Shown in pieces: positions 36,954-45,686 of a stretch of 64,000 bases of DNA. The position numbers and the translations under genes were made by a program. A model generated the notes under the pieces. That model did no database searches and had not been told where the DNA came from. It saw only the letters and a list, made by a program, of their open reading frames with translations. Within the stretch, counting starts at the first letter, position 1. Every line of letters begins with the position of its first letter. The stretch spans positions 9,273 through 73,272 of the IMG/VR virus record IMGVR_UViG_3300044305_003112, one strand, 5' to 3'. Source of the stretch: a virus. Lineage: Duplodnaviria > Caudoviricetes.

Positions 36954-38123
36954 ATGGCTAAAATCCCAATTTTTCCTGGATCATCATCATTCTTTCCTGG
37001 GGATACTCCTTTTGGTTTTTATGATAATGAAGTAGAATTTCAAAAAGATGCTGATAAAATAACTGTTTTTTGTGCTAGAAGATTAGGATATCCTATTATG
37101 GATGTTGAATTGCAAGATTTAAATTTCTACACAGCATTTGAAGAAGCAGTAACAACATATGGTAATGAATTATATGCTTATAAAGTAAGAGAAGATTATT
37201 TATCTTTGGAGGGTTCAACAACAGGTTCAACTAATAAATTTGGAGAAAAAACAAATATAAATCATTCTTTAATAAGACCTAATTTTGGTCCTATTGTAAG
37301 ATATAGTGAACAATATGGAGAAGAAGCAGGAACAGGAGGAAACACAACATGGCATACAGGATCTATTGGTTTAATTAAAAATAAACAAGTTTATGATTTA
37401 ACTGAATGGGCTGTTAGTCAATCAATAAATGAAGGTGATCTTGAAATTAAAAGAATATTTTATGAAACTCCTCCTGCAATAGTAAAATATTTTGACCCAT
37501 ATGCAGGAACAGGAACAGGAATGATTAATTTAATGGACACTTTTGGTTGGGGTAATTACTCACCTGCAATTAATTTCTTATTAATGCCTGTTAGTTTTGA
37601 TATGCAAAAAATCCAAGCTATTGAATTTAATGACCAAGTTAGAAAATCACAATATTCATTTGAATTAGTAAATAATCAGTTAAGGATATTTCCAATACCA
37701 CAATCATCTACAACATTATATTTTCAATATATTAAAAAATCAGAAAGAAATAATCCTACATCAATATCAAGTTCAGGAGTAATTACTAATGTATCAAATG
37801 TTCCTTATGATAATCCAACATATACTCAAATTAATTCTATAGGAAGACAATGGATTTTTGAATATACGTTAGCATTAGCAAAAGAAATGTTAGGGTATGT
37901 AAGAGGAAAATACTCACAAGTCCCAATACCAGGAGCAGAAGTAACCTTAAATCAAGGTGACTTAGTATCAGCAGGAACAGCAGAAAAAACAGCATTAATT
38001 GAAAGATTAAGAGCTTATTTTGATGAAACTTCTCGTGATAAATTAATGGAAAGAAGAGCATTAGAAACAGAAAATAGAATAAAAGAATTAAACGCGGTAC
38101 CATACCCAATTTATATAGGATAA
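36954..38123 (+). CDS. neck protein / head-tail adaptor (T4 gp13-like)
   Basis: RRLGYPIMDVEL..FEEAV..Y N-terminus; YTLALAKEMLG..RGKY...PG..VTLN C-terminus. Confidence 0.8.
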   Translation: MAKIPIFPGSSSFFPGDTPFGFYDNEVEFQKDADKITVFCARRLGYPIMDVELQDLNFYTAFEEAVTTYGNELYAYKVREDYLSLEGSTTGSTNKFGEKTNINHSLIRPNFGPIVRYSEQYGEEAGTGGNTTWHTGSIGLIKNKQVYDLTEWAVSQSINEGDLEIKRIFYETPPAIVKYFDPYAGTGTGMINLMDTFGWGNYSPAINFLLMPVSFDMQKIQAIEFNDQVRKSQYSFELVNNQLRIFPIPQSSTTLYFQYIKKSERNNPTSISSSGVITNVSNVPYDNPTYTQINSIGRQWIFEYTLALAKEMLGYVRGKYSQVPIPGAEVTLNQGDLVSAGTAEKTALIERLRAYFDETSRDKLMERRALETENRIKELNAVPYPIYIG

Positions 38124-38124
38124 T

Positions 38125-38637
38125 ATGGCTTTATTTGGAGGTGAAAGAGATATAAGTTTATTTAGAAGTATAAACAGAGAATTAATGGGTGATATTATTA
38201 CCCAACAATGTGCTCTTTATAAATTTAAAATAGAAGAAACTAAAGTAAATATTTATGGTGAAGCAGCTGAAGAAAAATATTATATGGGTCCTGTCTTATT
38301 TAATGTATTAATAGAAAGATCAGACCAAGATTTCCCAGACTCAGATCAAGGAGTTGAATTTGCACAAGGTATTACATTTAAATTTTTAAGGGATGATCTA
38401 GTTGACGCAAATACAGTACCTGAAGTAGGTGATATTATTTTATATGAAGAAGGATACCATGAAGTAGATTCAATTGTAAGTAATCAATTATTTGTAGGTA
38501 AAGATCCAAGATATCCTAATAAACCAAATCCATATGAAAATGATTTAGATAAATATGGGTATGATGTTTCAATTATTTGTAAAACACATTCAGTACCATC
38601 AGATAAAGTAGGTATAACTAGAGAAAGATTAGCATAA
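38125..38637 (+). CDS. head-closure/neck protein (T4 gp14-like)
   Basis: YGEA..K.Y..PV, PEVGDII...YHEV; position after the gp13-like gene. Confidence 0.7.
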   Translation: MALFGGERDISLFRSINRELMGDIITQQCALYKFKIEETKVNIYGEAAEEKYYMGPVLFNVLIERSDQDFPDSDQGVEFAQGITFKFLRDDLVDANTVPEVGDIILYEEGYHEVDSIVSNQLFVGKDPRYPNKPNPYENDLDKYGYDVSIICKTHSVPSDKVGITRERLA

Positions 38638-39611
38638 TGGCACCAGAATCATCAAGAGGAAGAAAAGTAACACCAAAATCACAAAGAAAAATAAGTGAAG
38701 GATTACAAACTCCTAAATCCAACCCAAGAACGGGAATTCAAGGATCAAATCCAAATAACGCAGTACAAGACATTTCAAGCAGAAGCAATCAAATTTCATT
38801 TAAAGGAGACTCAGTAAAACCATTTAGTATTGGTTTACAAGATATAGATGGTTCTATATTTTATTATTTTGAAAATGTTATAAAACCATCAGTAATGCAG
38901 AATGGTCAAAGAATAAATGTACCTGTAGTTTATGGTAATGCTGAAAGATGGAAACAAATGCAGAAAGATGGATATTATAGAGATAAAAAAGGGCAAATAA
39001 TGATGCCTTTAATTACTTTTAAAAGAAATAGTATTGAAAAAATTAGAAATTTAGCTAATAAATTAGATGCTAACTTCCCAAATAATTATAATGTTTTTAC
39101 AAAAAAATATAGTAAAAATAATGTTTATGATAAATTTAATATTTTAAATAATAGAAGACCAACAGAAGAAAAATATGCAGTAGTAGTACCTGATTATGTT
39201 ACTTTATCATATGATGTTATAATTTCTACATATTATGTAGAACAAATGAATGGTATAGTAGAAGCTATTAATTATGCATCAGATTCATATTGGGGGGATC
39301 CTGAAAGATTTAAATTTAGAGCAAGAATAGATTCATTTACTACAAATGTAGAATTACCAGCGGGGGCAGAAAGAGTAGTAAAAAGTACTTTTAGTATAAA
39401 AATGTATGGATATATAGTACCTAACATACTTCAAAAAGATTTAAATTCTATTAATAAGTTTAATACTAAAGCTAGATTAATTTTTAATCCTGAAGTAACA
39501 GAAAATTTATCAGAAACATTACCCCCAAAAATAGATAGATTTAAAATTAACCATGGTGGATTTACCTCTTTTACAGACCCACCAACAACTCGAAAACCAA
39601 GAGGGTTATAA
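38637..39611 (+). CDS. tail terminator/sheath stabiliser (T4 gp15-like)
   Basis: VPVVYGNAERW, PDYVTLSYDVII, QMNGIVEAI; position before the sheath genes. Confidence 0.7.
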   Translation: MAPESSRGRKVTPKSQRKISEGLQTPKSNPRTGIQGSNPNNAVQDISSRSNQISFKGDSVKPFSIGLQDIDGSIFYYFENVIKPSVMQNGQRINVPVVYGNAERWKQMQKDGYYRDKKGQIMMPLITFKRNSIEKIRNLANKLDANFPNNYNVFTKKYSKNNVYDKFNILNNRRPTEEKYAVVVPDYVTLSYDVIISTYYVEQMNGIVEAINYASDSYWGDPERFKFRARIDSFTTNVELPAGAERVVKSTFSIKMYGYIVPNILQKDLNSINKFNTKARLIFNPEVTENLSETLPPKIDRFKINHGGFTSFTDPPTTRKPRGL

Positions 39612-39634
39612 AACATTTTTAATAAAAGTATGTA

Positions 39635-39642
39635 TATTTATA
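39635..39642 (+). promoter_or_regulatory. putative late promoter motif TATTTATA
   Basis: in the gap before sheath 1. Confidence 0.55.
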
Positions 39643-39676
39643 ATAGTATTTCACAAATAAATTAGAATAAAATAAA

Positions 39677-41872
39677 ATGGCAGATATTTTACTTTCTCCC
39701 GGAGTCGCAACAAGAGAATTCGATAAATCACAATTAACAAAACAACCAATTCAATATGGTGGTGCTATAATAGGTCCTACAGTAAAAGGTATAAAAAATA
39801 TACCTAAATTAGTAACCAATTATTCTGAGTATCAAGCTCATTTTGGTGGTGCCTTTACAAGTGGATCTTTTGATTACACATATTTTACATCAATTTCAGC
39901 ATATAACTACTTCCAAAATGGAGGAAGATCTTTGTTAGTAACAAGGGTCTCAGATAAAGCATTTTCAGAAGCAACATCAACACGAATTCAAAGTGGAGAT
40001 AAGTCATTATTATCAACAGCATCATTATATTCAGGGGGTTTAGACATTCAACCTTTCTTTACAGAAGCAACAACACATACATCAGCTTCATTTACATTAA
40101 ATGGAATAGAATTTAAATTAACTAGTAGTACAACAGCTCAGGATTGGGCTACAGAAAACACATCTACACAAATAATAGTTCCAATAAAATCAACAGTTCC
40201 TTTAACAGCTTATGAATTTTCAACTTTTTTAAATGCAAGTCAATCTGTTTCTACTTACTCAATTTTAAATGGATTAACAGCTAGTCAAGCTGGTGATTGG
40301 TTAAATATAACGTCTACATTAACAGGAAGTAATTATGGTTTTTATGGTAATTCAAGCTATATTACATCTCAAAGCGCAACACAATATTTTATATCTGGTT
40401 CAAGTAGAGCTTCTTTTGAATTAGAAACATTAGGCCAAGGAGAAATAATGAATAATGATAATACTACTTTAGGTAATTATCCTGATGGTACTTATTTTGC
40501 TAATACCATAGGCATCACAACACCATCAGCTCAAAATCCTTTAGGTGCCCAAAATTCTTTAGTAAGTGGCTCAAAAGATAATTTAAGATGGGAAATTACA
40601 AATCCTGATGTTAAAAAAGGAGTATTTAGTGTTGTTATTAGACAAGGTAATGATAAACAAAAAGCAAAAACAATATTAGAAACATTTGCTAATGTTTCAT
40701 TAGATCCTAAAGCTTCAAATTACATTGAAAGAATAATAGGTAATCAAAAACATACTTTGATGGGATCTGGGGCAAATGTTTATTTACAAGTAACGGGTAG
40801 TTACAAAAATGCATCAGATTATGTAAGAGTTAAAAAAGTATACATGAAAACTCCTGACTATCTTGATAGTGATGGGGTAGCAAAAACAAAATACACAGCA
40901 TCCATACCAATAGCTCAAAGTGGGGCATTTGGGGGTGCAACAGGACGTTTATTTACAGAAGGAGCAACAGCTAAATATTATAATAACATTACTAATACTA
41001 ACACTCAAGGTATAACAGCAGCTAGTTACACAGATGCTATAAATTTATTAGCTAACCAAGATGACTATAAGTATAATCTAATAACAACACCTGGTTTAAT
41101 TAAATCAGAAACAGCTCACTCTACAGTATTAAATACTTTACTTTCAAATACAAAAGAAAGAGGAGATACAATGGCTTTAATAGACCCTGTATTATACAAC
41201 TCAACAATGGCATCAGCAATTACACAAGCTGAAAGTGTAAATTCATCATACGCTGCTATGTATTGGCCTTGGTTACAAGTAACAGATCCTGACACAGGAC
41301 AATTAGTTTGGGTACCAGCATCAGTAATGGTTCCTGGAGCTTATGCTTATAATGATAAAATAGGTCAACCTTGGACAGCACCAGCAGGTAAAAAAAGAGG
41401 AAAATTAGGATCTGTTAGACAAACAGAAAGAAAGTTAACTAATGCTAATAGAGATACTTTGTATGTAGGTAAAGTTAATCCAATAGCAACATTCCCCGCA
41501 GCAGGGGTAGTTGTGTTTGGACAAAAAACATTACAAACTAAATCATCAGCACTTGATAGAATAAATGTTAGAAGATTATTAATTGCACTTAAAAGTTTTA
41601 TATCTCAAGTAGCGGATACATTAGTATTTGAACAGAATTCAATCCCAACTAGAAATTCATTTTTATCAAAAGTAAATCCATATTTAGAATTTGTAAAGCA
41701 AAAACAGGGATTATATTCATATAAGTTAGTGATGGATGAAAGTAATAATACAGCAGATGTGATTGATAGAAATCAGATGGTAGGACAAATATTTATTCAA
41801 CCAACAAAAACAGCAGAATTTATTTATTTAGATTTTAATATATTACCAACGGGAGCAACATTCCCATCATAA
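39677..41872 (+). CDS. gp18: tail sheath protein 1 (gp18-like, 731 aa)
   Basis: SPGVATREFD, YFQNGG, YWPWL, WTAPAG, VNPI..FP..GVVVFGQKTL, RINVRRLLI, LVFEQN. Confidence 0.95.
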   Translation: MADILLSPGVATREFDKSQLTKQPIQYGGAIIGPTVKGIKNIPKLVTNYSEYQAHFGGAFTSGSFDYTYFTSISAYNYFQNGGRSLLVTRVSDKAFSEATSTRIQSGDKSLLSTASLYSGGLDIQPFFTEATTHTSASFTLNGIEFKLTSSTTAQDWATENTSTQIIVPIKSTVPLTAYEFSTFLNASQSVSTYSILNGLTASQAGDWLNITSTLTGSNYGFYGNSSYITSQSATQYFISGSSRASFELETLGQGEIMNNDNTTLGNYPDGTYFANTIGITTPSAQNPLGAQNSLVSGSKDNLRWEITNPDVKKGVFSVVIRQGNDKQKAKTILETFANVSLDPKASNYIERIIGNQKHTLMGSGANVYLQVTGSYKNASDYVRVKKVYMKTPDYLDSDGVAKTKYTASIPIAQSGAFGGATGRLFTEGATAKYYNNITNTNTQGITAASYTDAINLLANQDDYKYNLITTPGLIKSETAHSTVLNTLLSNTKERGDTMALIDPVLYNSTMASAITQAESVNSSYAAMYWPWLQVTDPDTGQLVWVPASVMVPGAYAYNDKIGQPWTAPAGKKRGKLGSVRQTERKLTNANRDTLYVGKVNPIATFPAAGVVVFGQKTLQTKSSALDRINVRRLLIALKSFISQVADTLVFEQNSIPTRNSFLSKVNPYLEFVKQKQGLYSYKLVMDESNNTADVIDRNQMVGQIFIQPTKTAEFIYLDFNILPTGATFPS
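40674..40749 (+). repeat. 76-bp tract identical between the two sheath genes, copy 1
   Basis: base-for-base identical to 42752-42827. Confidence 0.92.
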
Positions 41873-41882
41873 AAATAAAAAA

Positions 41883-42134
41883 ATGGAAACAAAAGTTTTA
41901 ACAAAAGAAGAATTAAAAGAATTAAAAGAATTAAAAACAAAATTTATAGAGTTAACAAATTCAATTGGAGAAATAGAAATTCACATAATGAGTTTAAAAA
42001 ATAGAAAAAAAACATTAAGTGATGAAATTGAAAAATTAAATGAAGGAGAAACAGCTTTAGCTAAAAGATTACAAGATAAATATGGTCAGGGTACTATTTC
42101 TCTAGAAACAGGTGAAATTTCCTTAACTAATTAA
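41883..42134 (+). CDS. small coiled-coil protein between the sheath paralogues
   Basis: 83 aa; A-rich initiation region; ends KYGQGTISLETGEI. Confidence 0.8.
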   Translation: METKVLTKEELKELKELKTKFIELTNSIGEIEIHIMSLKNRKKTLSDEIEKLNEGETALAKRLQDKYGQGTISLETGEISLTN

Positions 42135-42154
42135 ATTTTTAGAAAAAAATAATA

Positions 42155-42162
42155 TATTTATC
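42155..42162 (+). promoter_or_regulatory. late-promoter variant TATTTATC
   Basis: in the gap before sheath 2. Confidence 0.45.
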
Positions 42163-42180
42163 ATAAAAACATAACATAAA

Positions 42181-43971
42181 ATGGCAGAAACTTTAATATC
42201 ACCGGGTGTATTAGCAAGAGAAAATGATCAATCCCAAATAACGGCTCAACCAGTTCAAGCAGGTGCTGCTATAATAGGTCCTACAGTAAAAGGCCAAAAA
42301 TATATTCCAAAATTAGTAACTAGTTATTCTGAATATTTAGCAAATTTTGGAAGTACTTTTATTAGTGGATCAGATCAATTTTCTTTCTTTACATCAATAT
42401 CAGCATATAATTACTTCCAAAATGGAGGAGCTTCATTATTAGTAACAAGAGTTAATTCAGGTTCATTTACAGCTGCTACTAGTTCGTTTATTAGTGGTAG
42501 TTCAGGAAGTCAAAATATATTTCTACTAGAAACTCTAGGTCAAGGAACATTATTAAATAATGATGATGGTACTTATGTATCTTCAACAGCGGGAACAGTT
42601 AATGGTTCTCCTACAACAACAGGTTCAAATAATACACTATCAAGTGGATCAGCAGACAATGTAAGATGGGAAATAGCTAATCCAAGTATTAATAATGGAG
42701 TATTTAGTGTTATTATTAGACGAGGTGATGATACTAAAGAATCTCCTACAGTATTAGAAACATTTGCTAATGTTTCATTAGATCCTAAAGCTTCAAATTA
42801 CATTGAAAGAATAATAGGTAATCAAAAGAAAGAAAAAAGAGGAAGTGGAACTGATATATATCTTCAAACAACAGGTAGTTATAGAAATGCTTCAAATTAT
42901 GTAAGAGTTAAGGAGGTAAAAGTTAAAACACCTGATTATTTTAATAATGCAGGAACTCCAAAAGCAAAATATACAGCATCAATACCATTAGCTCAAAGTG
43001 GAGCGTTTGGTGCAGCATCAGGAGATATATTTTATGCTGGGGTACAAGCTAGATTTTATGATCAAATAACAGCAACAAATACACAAGGACAAAATGCAAC
43101 AGATTATTATGATGCTGTTAATTTGTTAGCAAATAGAGATGACTTTAGATATAATTTAATATCAGCACCTGGATTAGTACATTCCTTCTCAACAGTACCA
43201 GCAGGAGGATATAGCCATGCTACTATTTTAAATACTTTAATTTCAAATACAGAAAATAGAGGAGATAATATAGTAGTACTTGATGTTTCAGGTTATAATT
43301 CATCAGTAGCAGCTACAGTAACAAATGCTTCATCTATTGATTCTTCATATGCTGCAACATATTGGCCTTGGTTACAAATAAGTGAACCAGATACAGGACA
43401 ATTAGTTTGGGTACCAGCTTCAACAATGATACCAGGAGTTTATGCTTACAATGATAATGCTGGAGAAGCTTGGTTTGCACCCGCAGGTATCAATAGAGGT
43501 GGATTAGGAACAGTCCAAATGGCAGAAAGAAAATTAACTCAGAAAAATAGAGATAGTTTATATGTAGGTAAAGTTAATCCAATAGCAACATTCCCAGGAA
43601 GTGGTGTTGTAGTATTTGGACAGAAAACTTTACAAACAAAAGCAAGTGCTTTAGATAGAGTAAATGTTAGAAGATTATTAATAACATTAAAGAATTTTAT
43701 TTCGCAAATAGCTGACACATTAGTATTTGAACAAAATACATCAGCAACAAGAAATCAATTTTTATCACAGGTAAATCCATATTTAGAAAGTGTACAACAA
43801 AGACAAGGATTGTATGCATTTAAAGTAGTAATGGATGAAAGTAATAATACAGCAGATGTAATAGATAGAAACCAATTAATAGGTGCTATTTATTTACAAC
43901 CTACTAAAACAGCTGAATTTATTTACTTAGATTTCAATATTTTACCAACAGGAGCAACATTCCCGGCATAA
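42181..43971 (+). CDS. gp18: tail sheath protein 2 (gp18-like, 596 aa)
   Basis: SPGVLAREND, YWPWL, WFAPAGINRG, GQKTL, RVNVRRLLI, LVFEQN. Confidence 0.96.
   Translation: MAETLISPGVLARENDQSQITAQPVQAGAAIIGPTVKGQKYIPKLVTSYSEYLANFGSTFISGSDQFSFFTSISAYNYFQNGGASLLVTRVNSGSFTAATSSFISGSSGSQNIFLLETLGQGTLLNNDDGTYVSSTAGTVNGSPTTTGSNNTLSSGSADNVRWEIANPSINNGVFSVIIRRGDDTKESPTVLETFANVSLDPKASNYIERIIGNQKKEKRGSGTDIYLQTTGSYRNASNYVRVKEVKVKTPDYFNNAGTPKAKYTASIPLAQSGAFGAASGDIFYAGVQARFYDQITATNTQGQNATDYYDAVNLLANRDDFRYNLISAPGLVHSFSTVPAGGYSHATILNTLISNTENRGDNIVVLDVSGYNSSVAATVTNASSIDSSYAATYWPWLQISEPDTGQLVWVPASTMIPGVYAYNDNAGEAWFAPAGINRGGLGTVQMAERKLTQKNRDSLYVGKVNPIATFPGSGVVVFGQKTLQTKASALDRVNVRRLLITLKNFISQIADTLVFEQNTSATRNQFLSQVNPYLESVQQRQGLYAFKVVMDESNNTADVIDRNQLIGAIYLQPTKTAEFIYLDFNILPTGATFPA
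42752..42827 (+). repeat. 76-bp tract identical between the two sheath genes, copy 2
   Basis: base-for-base identical to 40674-40749. Confidence 0.92.
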
Positions 43972-43987
43972 AAGTTGAAAAGATTAA

Positions 43988-43995
43988 TATTTATA
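43988..43995 (+). promoter_or_regulatory. putative late promoter motif TATTTATA
   Basis: in the gap before the tube gene. Confidence 0.55.
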
Positions 43996-44024
43996 AATGA
44001 TAACAAAATAAAAATAAAATAAAA

Positions 44025-44513
44025 ATGGCAGTATTAGACCCAAATGAAATATTTTTTACGGCGTTTGAACCCAAACAAGCAAATAGATTTATTCTATATG
44101 TAGATGGAATACCTTCTTATGTTATTAAAGGTGTAAGTGGTATGGGTTTTTCTCAAGAAGAAATCGTATTAAATCATATCAATGTTTATAGAAAAATAAA
44201 AGGTAAATTAAGATGGAATGATTTAACCTTAACATTATTTGATCCAATTACACCATCAGGTGCACAAGCTGTAATGGAATGGACAAGATTACACCATGAA
44301 TCTGTTACAGGTAGAGATGGTTACTCAGATTTTTACAAGAAAGATTTAACTATTGATGTTTTAGGACCAGTAGGAGATATCGTATCTGAGTGGATTGTTA
44401 AAGGGGCATTCATAAAATCATCAACATTTGGCGATTACAATTGGGATGAAGATACAACTGCCATAAATTTATCTATTGTAATTGGAATGGATTACTGTAT
44501 ATTAAATTTCTAA
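44025..44513 (+). CDS. gp19: tail tube protein (gp19-like)
   Basis: EPKQANRF, WNDLTLTLFDPI, EW.RL..ES.TG, LGPVG..V.EW...GAF; follows the sheath genes. Confidence 0.9.
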   Translation: MAVLDPNEIFFTAFEPKQANRFILYVDGIPSYVIKGVSGMGFSQEEIVLNHINVYRKIKGKLRWNDLTLTLFDPITPSGAQAVMEWTRLHHESVTGRDGYSDFYKKDLTIDVLGPVGDIVSEWIVKGAFIKSSTFGDYNWDEDTTAINLSIVIGMDYCILNF

Positions 44514-44540
44514 ATATACTTTTTTATATTATTTTTAAAT

Positions 44541-44568
44541 AGAGCTTGGCTTTCGTCAAGCTCTTTTG
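44541..44568 (+). terminator. rho-independent terminator after the tube gene
   Basis: AGAGCTTG-GCTTTCGT-CAAGCTCT-TTTT. Confidence 0.85.
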
Positions 44569-44577
44569 TATTATATA

Positions 44578-44585
44578 TATTTATA
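44578..44585 (+). promoter_or_regulatory. putative late promoter motif TATTTATA
   Basis: after the terminator, before ATG 44619. Confidence 0.5.
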
Positions 44586-44618
44586 CACATAAAATAAAGT
44601 TATTAACAAATAAAAACT

Positions 44619-45359
44619 ATGGATACAGCTAAATTTAAATTCCCTACAGAAATAGTAGAATTACCCAGTAAAGGATTAATATATCCTGAAGAAAATCCTC
44701 TTTCAAAAGGAGAAGTAGAAATGAAATATATGACTGCTAAAGAAGAAGATATTTTAACTAATCAAAATTACATTAAAGACGGAAGTGTTTTAGATAGATT
44801 ATTACAAGCACTTATAGTTACACCTGGTGTTAATTATGATGACTTAATAGTAGGAGATAAAAATGCAATTATGGTCGCAGCAAGAATATTAGGTTATGGA
44901 AAAGATTATAATTTTAAATATGGTGATAAAGAAGTAACAGTTGATTTATCAAAAATTGAATCTAGATACTTAAATGAAGAACATTTAGAACAAAAAGGTG
45001 TAAATAATTTTTCATTTAAATTACCTACAACTGAAGCTAAAGTTACATATAAACTTTTAACAGGTAAAGATGATAAAGCAATTAAACAAGAAATTAAAGG
45101 TTTACAAAAAATAAACAAAAATGCATCCCCAGAATTATCAACAAGATGGAAATATATGCTTACATCAATTGATGGTAATGGAGATAAAAAAGCAATTAGA
45201 GAATTTGTAGATACTTATTTTTTAGCTCGAGATTCTAAAGCCCTTAGAGATCATTTAACTGCAACTCAACCTAACATAGACTTAACATTTACTCCTGAAG
45301 ATTCAGAAAAAGAAGTAAGCATCCCAATTGGAGCAAATTTTTTCTGGCCCGACATTTAG
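44619..45359 (+). CDS. tail assembly chaperone / baseplate hub assembly protein (gp26-like)
   Basis: LPSKG..YP, MTAKEEDIL, D..AIMVAARILGYG, ends FFWPDI; lies between tube and tape measure. Confidence 0.8.
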   Translation: MDTAKFKFPTEIVELPSKGLIYPEENPLSKGEVEMKYMTAKEEDILTNQNYIKDGSVLDRLLQALIVTPGVNYDDLIVGDKNAIMVAARILGYGKDYNFKYGDKEVTVDLSKIESRYLNEEHLEQKGVNNFSFKLPTTEAKVTYKLLTGKDDKAIKQEIKGLQKINKNASPELSTRWKYMLTSIDGNGDKKAIREFVDTYFLARDSKALRDHLTATQPNIDLTFTPEDSEKEVSIPIGANFFWPDI

Positions 45360-45365
45360 TTGGGC
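45335..45365 (+). promoter_or_regulatory. -1 programmed ribosomal frameshift signal
   Basis: In-frame A_AAT_TTT heptamer (45335-41), overlapping T_TTT_TTC, 5-nt spacer, hairpin GCCCGAC-ATTTA-GTTGGGC (45347-65). Confidence 0.75.
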
Positions 45366-45658
45366 AGTATCGAAAACAATTATTTGAATCTATCCACGAT
45401 ATAGTTTACCATGGAGGTGGTGGATTTACTTGGTATGATGTATATTCAATGCCTATATGGTTAAGAAAATTAACATATACTCGGATAAGAGATGCTAAAG
45501 AAGAAGAAGCAGAAGCTTACAAAAATGCAGGTAATAAGTCAAAAGGAAAAGGTAGAAATAAAAGTACTACTAATATAGACTTGGCTAATATGGCAGATAA
45601 AAAGAAAATGCCAAAAAGACCACATTATGTATCTAAATCTTCGATGAAAAAACGTTAA
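45341..45658 (+). CDS. -1 frame extension of the chaperone (G-T-like product); includes the ORF-track ORF 45449-45658
   Basis: The -1 frame is open from 45299 to 45658 and reads FLARHLVGQYRKQLFESIHDIVYHGGGGFTWYDVYSMPIWLRK..., with no ATG before 45449. Confidence 0.7.
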   Translation, partial: FLARHLVGQYRKQLFESIHDIVYHGGGGFTWYDVYSMPIWLRKLTYTRIRDAKEEEAEAYKNAGNKSKGKGRNKSTTNIDLANMADKKKMPKRPHYVSKSSMKKR

Positions 45659-45665
45659 TATTTAA

Positions 45666-45673
45666 TATTTATA
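45666..45673 (+). promoter_or_regulatory. putative late promoter motif TATTTATA
   Basis: in the gap before the tape measure gene. Confidence 0.55.
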
Positions 45674-45686
45674 ACCAAAACATTAA

